From NCBI GenBank assembly GCA_976551045.1, contig CDPCPM010000050.1, positions 12,152,001-12,216,000 on the forward strand: a stretch of DNA of 64,000 nt, read 5' to 3'. The stretch is from Glaucostegus cemiculus (taxonomy: Eukaryota). Positions 1 through 10,820 of the stretch are shown here, piece after piece. Numbering within the stretch: the first letter of the stretch is position 1; each line of letters starts with the position of its first letter. The notes below the pieces were generated by a model, which was not told the origin of the DNA, did no database searches, and worked only from the letters and a program-made list of their open reading frames with translations. The translations under genes were made by a program, and so were the position numbers.

Positions 1-216
1 TGGGCTTCCCCTTTTCCTACCTTCAGACCCGAAGCGTTGACCATCTGCTTTTCTCCACGGACGCTGCCTGGCCTGCTGAGTTCCTCCAGCATCATTGTGT
101 TTTTCATCAATAATCAACCAATTGAATTAGATTCAAACCATGAAAGAAAAAGGAAAAATATTTTTGAAGTTATTAAATGGAATTCACAACCATTCAGAAT
201 AGTCTAAGTGTGTTTG

Positions 217-310
217 AACCAGAATTCTATACTCCAGAGACTTGATCACAAAATCTAGGCTGGAGTTTCTGTGCAGCACAAGGGGAGTGCTGCATTGGCA
301 GCGATGTCCA
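217..310 (+). mobile_element. DeuSINE/SacSINE-like core fragment
   Basis: ctccagagacttgatcacaaaatctaggctg...ggagtgctgcattg resembles the AmnSINE/SacSINE Deu-domain; similar decayed antisense copies at ~37020-37140, ~49530-49930 and ~57070-57430. Confidence 0.45.
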
Positions 311-944
311 TCTATTGGTCAGCTGGGACGAGGAGGGTGAATATCCAGCATGGCCAAAAACGATGTATCAAAGGGCAAATGAGCTCCCTGAAAACCATGG
401 GCCATGCAGAGGCATTCAGTAGGTGGCTGGCAGGAGGTCAGGCATTTGATGAATCAACCATGATGCAAAGCAGCTCAACTAACATCACTCAACAGGTCAA
501 ATCCTGTGTTATCGATGCTAGCTAGACACAGGCAAAGTACAAGATGGTTATCACAACAACTTTATTGTCCCAAGAGCCACAGGGACGATTTGACAATATT
601 CATCCAGTTGTTTACATTGCCCAAGAGTGTCTGTGTCCAGACCCCTGTCCCATTCATAAAAAAAACCTTCTCCACCTCTCCAGCTGTGTCTCCAATTGGC
701 AATACCCTTAGCTTTGGCAGGCTCTCCCTTTCATTTATATTCCTTTGTTATCATTCACTACACCTGGCACATCCTTACAACATTCACATTAGATCAATGT
801 GGCATCAATTTTTCTTTCCAAAATATTCCATCAGCAAGAGTTTGAGAAATAATCATACACAGCCTAGTCCTCCCTAAACCCTCATCCGTAAAACCTTCTT
901 CTATAATCAAAATACTTATCAACAATCCTAACATATCCTCACAA

Positions 945-1170
945 ACAACATACAAAATGCTGGAGGAACTCAGCGGGTCAGGGAGCATCTATGGAGGGAA
1001 ATGGACAATCAATGTTGTGGATCGAGGACTTTCTATTCCTGATGAAGAGTCTCAACCCGAAACATCGACGGTCCATTTCCCTCCATAGACTTTGCCTGAC
1101 CAGCTGAGTTTCTCCAGCAATTTGTGTGTTGCTCTAGGTTTCCAGCATCTGCAGTCTCTCTTGTGTCTCC
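945..1170 (+). mobile_element. Penelope-derived fold-back element with minimal hammerhead core
   Basis: Inverted arms (tgctggaggaactcagc...atggagggaaatggac / gtccatttccctccatag...gctgagtttctccagca) flank CTGATGA-A-GAGTCTCAACCC-GAAA-CATC. Confidence 0.75.
1034..1071 (+). ncRNA. Minimal type I hammerhead ribozyme motif (decayed)
   Basis: Core boxes CTGATGA (1039-1045) and GAAA (1059-1062) are intact and NUH = ATC; stems I and II carry mismatches. Confidence 0.55.
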
Positions 1171-2107
1171 ACATCCTCATGTAGCTCAGTGTTAAATTTC
1201 AACTGTTAAAACTCCTTTGAAGTACCTTAGGATATTTTACTTCATTAAAAGTGCTTGGAAAACGAAAGTTGTTGTTGTTGTTGCAAACCATTTGTTATTT
1301 TTATAATATTCCTTAGATTCATAGCCACTTTCACTGATTACAGCTTTTCACTTCCAGTTCAAATATTCAAACTGATTTAGACTCCTGTGGTAGATTATTA
1401 GTCCACACCTCAGTGCAACTAGCTCAGTAATAAAATCATTGAACTTCCTCGGCTTCAGATCAGTGTAGGAGAGAATGTTTGTGTTCTAAATAAATGAGCA
1501 ATGATGAAATAAGAGACATTCCTCATCTGTATTGATTTTGTGATTAATATTTTTCACTAACTCCAAATGGACTCTCCCCACCTACTCTGTTTGTTCAGTT
1601 AATTATTATATAGGTTCTCGGTGTTGCTCATTAACCTATTTGTAAATAAATCAGTTCAATTTACTTTAACGGGCTGGATCTCCCAACCTGTCACTCACCA
1701 CAATTTCACCAATAGAAAGCACATACAGCTCCACAAACCTACACCAATTGTGCTGAAATAGAACAGAGTGTTGCTGCCCATCTCACTGTTGTGGACATCA
1801 CTGGGATGTACTGAGGACCATGTGACTGATCTTTGCGCATACTGATGTTGTAACGCCCTTCGTTCGACGGATGATTATCATGGGAACATTGGATGACATT
1901 TCTTGGCTTGGCCCTTTTTAAGGGGTGAGAGGTGGTCATGACACCATTTAGACATGTCACTGAATCCATACACAGTGAACATCCCAGTCAGGCAAGAGAT
2001 GCAAGGCACAGCATAGGGATCATGCTTGATAAATGAGAGAAAGGGGGCACTTAGTAAACAAAAATTTAGACCCAGCATTCAGGGTGAAATTTGGTGGTTA
2101 CTAATCA

Positions 2108-2715
2108 CATAACCAAAGAATTAGAAGCAGGAGTAGGTCATTCAGCGCCTCAAGCCTATTTCACCATTCAATAAGATTATTTACCTCAGTACTATCCTCC
2201 TGTACTAAGTCTATATCCCTTGATTCCCTAAATATTCAGACTTCTATTGATTTCTGTCTTGAATTGACTCAGTGACCAAATCTCCACAATCCTCAAGTAA
2301 AGAATTCCAGATATTTAATTTCCTCTGGGTGACCGACTTTCTTCTTTACAGTCCTGACTCTTCAGTTTGAGACTGTAAGCCTTATTCTAGATATTCCAGC
2401 CGGGGAGATATCATCTCTACATCTGCATAAGAATTTTCCATGTTTCAAAGAGATCACCCCTTTTTCTTCGAAGTTGTAGAGAACCTAGGCCAAGTCTGCA
2501 TAATGACATCTCATAAGACAGTGTCTGCATTCCAATGCACTCCCTCTTTCGCAAGTATCCATTCCTTAGGAAGTGAAGTCTGACCTGTGCATAATATTCC
2601 AGTGCAATTTCACCAGGGCTCTGTAGAATTGCATAAAAACACTTTATTCCTGCACTCAAATCCTCTCGTGATATTGTCTAGCTTCCTAATTGCTTGCTAT
2701 AATTGCATGTTAGCT
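2108..2715 (-). mobile_element. CR1 LINE 3' fragment
   Basis: LEYYAQV...RLGL.SL..RRKRGDLFETWKIL; antisense CR1 3' end. Confidence 0.72.
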
Positions 2716-4669
2716 CTCAAACTTGCCAGGAAAGTTTGGCAGTCTCTGTATCACAAACCACACTTCACCTGAACCCCACTCCTACCTAAGTTCTGGACTG
2801 TGCCAGTCACCCCCACCCATTCACTCAGTCAGCTGGAGACTTCAGTCACTCAGCAATACAGGAGCGTCAAAAAGTCTCAATGCAGCCTGGTTCACCGGCA
2901 GTGGTGGCCAACTACTGGCGCAATGGTCAGGAGCTACAGGGAAATAAGTGGGGATGGGATTGCTTTGAGAGCTGGCATAAACTTAAAAGATCAAATGGCC
3001 TCCTTCTAAACTGTAAGAAAATATGAGATTCTGACCATTCATCAACCAGCCGAAAGAGGGTCAGGGCAGTTGGAAGACTGGTGAACTGATAATCGGTGCA
3101 TGTCTACACTGACACACCCAAAAACCAGGTGAATCCTGATAGTTTCTATTAGTCTCTGGGTGAGACAAGCCAGTCTGTTGTAATCCCAGAGTTAAGTCAG
3201 TTCTTTGCTATATTGTATTGGAAAGGGTTTGAAGGTAATTTTGCTAAAATAAAACATGTTTTGTTCCTTTGACTCCAATCACAATAGCTGTTCATGTGCC
3301 ATTTTTAACATTTATTTTTAGGACATGGCAATTCTAGTAAGGCCAACATTTATTGCTGATCCCTAATTGTCCTAGAGAAGTTAGTATTGTAGTAAAGAGT
3401 GTGGCCAAGCAGACAGTAAATGGTGGTCTAAAATCCAAGCTGCTTCCACGCCTGTCATTCTAAGTAAGTGTACGAGTCATTTTGTTTGGTCATTTGATCT
3501 CACACCAGACTTCTCCGTGACTGTGCATAGCTCTCTTATTTAATCTCATCCCTTGGCCAGTCTCCAAAGAATTCTAACCACCAGCAGCCTGTGCCTGGGT
3601 TGACACTGCCTCTCAGCAATGCACTGTCAGTTGCTCCACTAGGAATAGAATGGGTTGGAATCAGAATTACATGTAACAGCTGATCTGTGGGAGGTGCAAA
3701 CAATTGTACATGATCGCCTCTCTCTCCTTGAAGGACCAAATCACCACAGTTGGGGGAGGAAATGGCACAGACGGCACCTGCACTGCAAACTGTATCACAT
3801 TGAGATATTTGAAACAAGAATCAACAAAGAGTCAGCACTTCAGACCGCCAATAAGCAAAAGATCAGCGACTTGGAGGTTTAAAACTTCACTAAACATTGA
3901 CAGTGGCAGTGAAACTGCTAAAATTTATTGACTACAAACTGTTGATCATTTGATTTAGGAAAAGATACAACAGGGCTGATAAGTGAATGAATCTAGAATT
4001 TAGAATTTTCCATCACCAAGTAATGGACTCTGACATCAGAACATTGGTGCCTGGGGAGGGTGACAAAGCCTGTCTCCCTTTCCTCTTGTGGTTTCTGTAT
4101 CCATAACCCTACCAAATAAGAGTGAGTGCTATTAATCTCATTAATGCAAATAAAGGAAGTTGATTCAATTTGTGGCTCTAAGTCATAAATGCAAAATAGG
4201 CAAATTTTGAAGTCGCAAGAAAAATTCATGTACTGTAATTTATGTAACTCTTTCATGTTCTGTATTCAAATATAGTATACTTCAGCCAAGTCAAGAATTT
4301 AGGCTTTTGATTCTTGTTAACAAAAATATACAAAATGTATTTGATAACTTGTGTGAATGTTCTTGTAAGTTATCTGCTTGGTCCTGAACTTAGGATGCAA
4401 GATGAGCAATTTAAGAAAGGAAATGCAAAAGCTACAGGAGAAACAATTCTTAGAGTTTTGAAAATGACTTTCTTGTTGTATAAAGCTGAATATTCCTTTC
4501 TGTGAAAGCCCTGAAGCTGCAACTTTGAGGAAAAATAACTTTTCAGAGTAAAAAGCACTGAATTGTCAGATTAATCATTAAACTAATTGGTGGAAATAAT
4601 AAAAAAGAATGTACTGAGACACAAACACATCTACCTCTCCAAGTTGCAGCATTAAGGCAGTAGCCCTCT

Positions 4670-4952
4670 CTAGTGTAACAGTTAGTGTAACGTTTTACAG
4701 CACCAGTGACTCGGGTTCAATTCCAGCCACTGTCTGTGAGGAGTTTGTATGTTCTCCCCACGTCTGTGTGGGTTTCCTCCGGGTGCTCCGGTTTCCTCCC
4801 ACATTCCAAAGATGTACGGGTTAGGAAGTTGTGGGCATGTTATGTTGGTGCTGAAAACATGGCGACACATGTGGGCTGCCCCCAGAACACTCTATGGAAA
4901 AAGATGTATTTCATTGTATGTTTTGACATACATGTGACTAATAAAGATATCT
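4670..4952 (+). mobile_element. tRNA-derived V-SINE
   Basis: B box ggttcaattcc, V-SINE core gtttgtatgttctcccc...gggtttcctccgggtgctccggtttcctcccaca, tail gtgactaataaagatatctt. Confidence 0.8.
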
Positions 4953-7059
4953 TGTTCTGCTCTTTTGGAACAGAACATAGCTGTAGATATAATCAGTGAA
5001 CAAAATAACGAATTAATCTGTCAGTATTTTTCTAGTAGTCTGGATATTAATTATTTGCAGTTTTCTCTGTCCCTCTTGACCATTTAATGGACCAGCATAT
5101 TGGGCTGCCATTCCTAAACTCTACAGTGAAAAGCAAATAACTGCCGTTGTTGGCAATCTGGAATTAAAAGAGAAATTGGTGGGTCTCCTCAGCAAGTCAA
5201 GCAGCATTTGGGGAGAGAGAAAAACAGAGCTAACCTTTCGGATTGGTGACTTTTCTTAAGAGCTCTTGTATAAAAGAAAATTGCCCAGAAGAATGAAGTT
5301 TAGCACCACTCTATTCCCCTGCACCTTAATCACCCATCATCAGGAACTATTTCCATAGTTTACTCAGAGACCAGGTTTTACTCCTCTTCCTCCAGGGATC
5401 TCCAATCATTCTGGCTGCCATTCACTGTTCCCTGGAAATGCTGGCCCCCTCCTACCCCAATTTTATCCTCTCTCTTTCCTCTGCCCCATTCTCCCTCCCA
5501 CACCACCATCATGAACTCTAAACTCAATTTCCTGCAATGAATATTTGATATATTCTGCTGCAGCTGCCTGGAACTTACAGATTCTCCCTCAGTCCCCAGC
5601 CATTGCTGAACAATCTTCGCTGGCTCTTTTATTTCAGTGACAGAGCCCACTGGCCCAGCTCCATATTAAGCTCCCAGTTTTAGTTTCTGAGGGGCAAAGT
5701 TTGTTAGAGGCAGTCAAAACTTCCATTATGTAGCCAACTCAAGTGTCCAGCCCACGATCCTCAGCACCAGCCACACTAAATGAACCAAAATGCAAATGCT
5801 CCATTGAGAAATCTGGTATGGGCAGCTGTTGAATGCATGCTAATACTGGGATGGCAAAACTTTGCAGATCTCCCACTGGAGCCCAGAATCAAAGAGGAGT
5901 CCATCTCTCTCCACCACTAAGTGTTGCAGCATGCAGTGATAGGGCAGTTCATTAGGAGGGTTATCAGTGAATTGGGAGCATGCAGTCTAAAGATAACAGA
6001 TGTCATCTGCTGACCCTTGCATTATACATGAATTACTGTACAGGAATTGTACTCCTGGGCTGTTGAGAGCAGTGTTCAGAGGATTTAAGTATACAGCACA
6101 GACCAAATAAAACTGTTGTCTGGGCTGAACACTTAACACCCCCAGTAGACTTTATCCAAGGCTTAGCCACCCCAAGACCTATTCCACACTCCTCCCACAG
6201 TGCCATTGTTTTTGGATATCACTCGCTCCACAGTAAGAATGGATTTGCCACACCTCGAGTATGATCAGATAATCCTGCAGTGCAGTATGAAGGTACCACT
6301 CTCCCACCTAGATCCAGGTTTATCAAGCAAGCCTTTCTGATCAATAATGCTCCAATTTCCATCAAACAGTCTGGATGCTGGATGCACAATCCGATCTACA
6401 GTAACAGACTCCTGCAGAAGGTTGGTATGAAATAAAGACAAAGTTTAGAATCTGGAAGTGTGAGCTGGTGCTTCTGTTAGTAAGATAAGAAGCTTTTCCT
6501 CGTGTCTGGTACACAGCATCCAGGAGTGCTTGAGAGGAAAGTTCTGCAGATTCTTTCTCCTGTCCCTTTTGTATTTCCTGTCTTAAATCAATTTGTAGGA
6601 GTAATACTGATAATAGATGTTAACTTTAGCTTTCTGCTACAGACAAAGTGCTCCTTTTGATGTTAACAGTGACAGTAAGTATAAAAGGACTAAGTGTGGA
6701 ATTATTAATGATCAAAGGTGGTAGGTTTGCTTAAACATTGGAAAGAAATAAAACACCACAACGTTAAAGAACTAAAAGAAAAAAGTTATCTGATCCATCA
6801 TGAGGCATGTGGTGAATGGAGGATTGTGGGAGGTATCAGTCGACTGAGAGCATGCAGTCCAAAGAAATTATATCATCTTCTGACTCTTGCACTATACGTG
6901 AATCAGCTTTCTTTGTTTTGATAGATTCCCATGATGAGTGTTCTGAAGAGGAAACGTTAACAGTGTAGATGAAACAAAGGGGAACTCCAAAGTAGAGACC
7001 AACAGAGCCACTTGCAAACTATCAGCCATAAAACAGAGCATGACTTCGAATAAAATATC

Positions 7060-8010
7060 ATGAATTATGCCTGAACTTCTAATTTAAAAGGGAACATGAC
7101 TTTCTATCAATGTATAAAGTCCAGACCAAGCAGGAAAGGGTTGGCAATTGGGTGAGGATGAACAGAAACACATCTCAAAACAAAAGTAAAAATAGACTGA
7201 AGAGAATTAGAAAAATTGGCTTTGGATGGATAGACCATATTGTCATCAAAACATGTAGAACAGAATATAAAGGGGACAACGTTGCTTCCTGCATTTTCCT
7301 CAGAGTTGTCATGGTCATGTTTATCGTATCTTTTAATGGATGGAATCCATGCCACGATTCAGAGAGCAGCTCCTCAGTCACTGGGAGGAAGTCTGTGGTG
7401 GTAACTTTCCCAGTGTCAGACAGCAGGGAGGCCCCTCTGCAGTTGCTGCCATTCAACCGTTTTTCTTTCTTGAAGATGGGAATGACTGCAATACCTCCAA
7501 AGTCTTCTTGCATGTCTTCCTCTTCCCAAACATCAGAGATGAGACTGTGAATTTGTGTCTGAAGTTCCTCTCCACTAAGATTTACATACTCAGTGGCGAT
7601 AACATCTGCTTCAGAGGCCTTGTTATTTATCAGTTAATACACAGCCTTTACAGCCTCCTGTTGGTCTGGGATGGTGGGAATGGGATGGACCACATGCTCT
7701 CAATCCACTGCTATGGGATGGCATCAAGGATACCCATGTTAGTTGAGGAGCTCTTTAAAGTGCTCCATTCTGCGGGTGCTGATTGTCTCTCTGTCCTTGA
7801 CAAGTTCTCCTTCACTCTTAGCTCTCACCGGGATGCGCCCCTGGTTACTTGAGCTGTGTTTGGAGCAGGATCATCCAACTGGATGTCCACCCGTGACGTG
7901 CCCCAAGCACTGTCCAATGACGAGCCTACAAGCACTTGACTCGGTTTAGCAGGCCGACCCCGAAGTGCACTCCTCACCACTTGGTGATGGTTGACCAGCA
8001 GAGGAAGCCA
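7060..8010 (-). mobile_element. RTE-clade LINE fragment (decayed)
   Basis: AVIPIFKK...NCRGASLLS.TGK...LLSES.HGF. Confidence 0.68.
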
Positions 8011-8071
8011 TGTGACCAACCCTCACTCATGCTGACAACATGTGACCAACCCTCACTCATGCTGACAACAT
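8009..8071. repeat. Perfect 30-bp tandem duplication
   Basis: catgtgaccaaccctcactcatgctgacaa x2. Confidence 0.95.
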
Positions 8072-9439
8072 TACTTCCTTCCTTTGTTTCTTATCTCCCC
8101 AACCCCAAGTGAAAGAGACAGCTGAGGAACATCACTGGGTTTCCACTTCAATCTTCTGAGGGAAGGCAAGAGTTCAACAATATTCCAAATAGTTTTTTTT
8201 AAACTAAGCCCAGACCATTCCTTCATTTAATTGTTTATTCAAAATGCCTCTGCTTTGTTGGCTAGCAGTTTGGACAAACAATAATTTGGGAATGTTCACC
8301 AAATTCCCTTCCCCTTTTGCCTCACCCTCCCCACACTCTAAGTGTCTCAGAATGAATCAGAGGGAATCACCAGCAGCAAGGAGTCAGCTTACTCAGTGGA
8401 GAGTCAGTCAGAAGATGACCATTCTACTCATCTGGACGCGTTCCAGAAACAAAAGGAAGTACCATCAGTTATTAGAGTAACTCGTCCAAGCAAGTAGAAT
8501 TCACAGGTCAGATAATCCGATCCAAAAATTGGATCCACAGGTCAGAATGGACAACCTGACCCCAGGTTTAGACAGCACTAAAGAATCCATGCATGATGTG
8601 ATTATCAAAAAGGTACCCTAGCATCGACTGGCATTTGAAGATGAGAATTCAAAAACACCAACGGAATGAGAACATAAATTTTCAAACACTGGCTTTGCAA
8701 ATCAGCTGTGTCATTGCAGTTAGCAAACGAGTTCCACGCAAAGAGACTGACACTATCAGTGAGAATATAGAAAATGTCCCTCAAAGGGATAGCGGAAAGC
8801 TGACCACGCACAGGAGAGAGGAGAAAAAACATATAACTTAAAGATAATATTTATTTATAGATTATTTTTAACTTTGAAGTTATTTAACTTGCACCAAAAT
8901 TCAAACTCTAAACCACAAATGTGCTAACAAAATACAGTCATGAACAAACTTACTGACACAAACTAACACATACTAACCTACAAAATAACCATCCTTTACT
9001 AAGCACCAAGATTACTAAACAATAAATTAAAATTTTAACAAAATTTTTTTTTTACAAACCTGCAGATGCTGAAAATCTGGAAGTGCTGAAACACTCAGCA
9101 GATTAGGCAGCAATGAAATGTTAACCACAACTTCCCACAGAGCTCTGCAGGCTCAGTTGTGATGTATTTTTTTGAGTTTTCTTCACCCATACTGACTCTT
9201 GCACTGTTTTCTTCAGGCTCACTCTGAGACTGAAGGAGTTCATTGATGACCATATTCAAGAGGAGATTTGAATACAAGCATGAGAATTTAAAATTAAATT
9301 TGTTAACTAGATGGAAAGCCAAATTATTAACAGGGGCGATACGTGAACCTTGAATGACCTCAGGCCTCTTGGAGTGCAGATGATGGGAAGCAGTCCAGGA
9401 GGGTGCTGCATGAGTCAGGTCTGGAGGGGGTAACAGAAA

Positions 9440-10280
9440 CATGGATGAGAGTTTCAACAGAGGGTGAGCTAATGCAAGAACCGCTCAGTCAACACTACAG
9501 AGGAGAACTGTGACAATGAGGAGGATAATAATAGATTGCATGAAGATGTAAACACGCTAGTAGAATAGGAGGATAGTGGCAGGTGAAATTTAATACTGAG
9601 GAATGTGGGGTTACATTTTGGTAGGAAGAAGAGGCAATGTGAACTGGAGGGCACAATTCTAAACGTGGCAACAGAACACAGAGATCCAGAGATACTTGTG
9701 CAAATGTCATTGAAAATGCAGAGCAGGTTGAGAAGGTGACTATATGTGTAGATGGGATCCCAAGTTTTATAAACAGAGGCAGGGAACAGAAAAGCAAGGA
9801 ACCTTATTTAAACCCTGGTTCAGCCACATCTGAAGTCTTGTGTCTAATTCTGAGCACCACACTTTAAAAAGGATGGGAAAACAATGGACAGGGTGCAGAA
9901 GAGTTTTACAAACATGGTTTCAGGGAGAGGGACTTTATTGTATGGATAGACTGGCGGTGCTGGGCTTGTTCTGCTTGGAACTGGGGAAGGTGTGAGGAGG
10001 TATGATAGAGGTAGTTTAACTCATGGCTGTGGACAGGATACAGAGAGAGAAACTGCCCCCATCAGCGGAAGGATCCAAAAACCAGGACCATAAGCTGAAG
10101 GTGATTGGCAAAGGTGCCCAGTAAGTGGTTAGGGTCTGAAGGAATAGAAGTGCAGCAGATTGGTTTGTATCATTGAAAGGGGAGCTGGATAAGTATCAGA
10201 AAGGAAAGGGCTGTGGGGAGAGGACGGAGTAGATACAGAATTCACCATGGACTCCTCAGGACAAATGGCCTCCACTACTA
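9440..10280 (+). mobile_element. CR1 LINE 3' fragment (decayed)
   Basis: W.VKFN..C.V.HFG remnants, RVQK.FT, CR1 3' UTR. Confidence 0.72.
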
Positions 10281-10489
10281 CCTGATATGGAGTCGGAGTT
10301 CAGTTCAGGATCAAACAGAAGATCGAAAATTCCATCTTTACGTCCAATAAAGTTGGAAAAATAAGGAACCATATCATCCTTCTCCAATGCACGGATTATT
10401 TTGAAGGACGCTGTATTTAAATGTAATGAGCAACAGTCTGGTAACTAAGAGCAGTAGGACCCAGAGGAATCCTTTGCAGGAGAGGCTTG

Positions 10490-10820
10490 ACACTGCGCTT
10501 GGATTCCGCATCGCGGGCACGGGTGCGCCAGCTTCGCTCTCGGGGCTTGTGAGTTTCCAAAGCCGTGACTCTGGTGGTCCCCAGGAGTAAATGATGGGAT
10601 CCTCGCCTTCACTGTCTGCCAGGGAAACCCGCAACCTTTCCGACTTCCACCGGCTGTAAGTCCAGGCGCGTGTTTCCAGTTCTCTGGGGAATGTGCTGGA
10701 GTTTCACAGCTCCAGCAGCTCCAGCTGCTCCAGCAGCCCGCGGCACAGCTCCGGGCTCCGGGCTCCCGGCTCCCTGCGAGCCGGTCACCAGCGCCGGCGT
10801 TTGCTTTCCACATCTCGGGG
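10490..10820. promoter_or_regulatory. Small CpG-rich island around TESC-like exon 1
   Basis: Dense CpGs (e.g. ccgcatcgcgggcacgggtgcgcc, gcgccggcg) in an otherwise CpG-poor, AT-rich window. Confidence 0.55.
10594..10655 (+). CDS. TESC: TESC-like exon 1 ([20 protein letters not shown]); apparent +1 frameshift
   Basis: ATGATGGGA start, MGxxxS motif, ends ACCGGCT|GTAAGT (TG-F junction as in the CHP family), in a CpG-rich region. It is 62 nt long, whereas a phase-1 end (61 nt) is needed to join exon 2. Confidence 0.8.
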
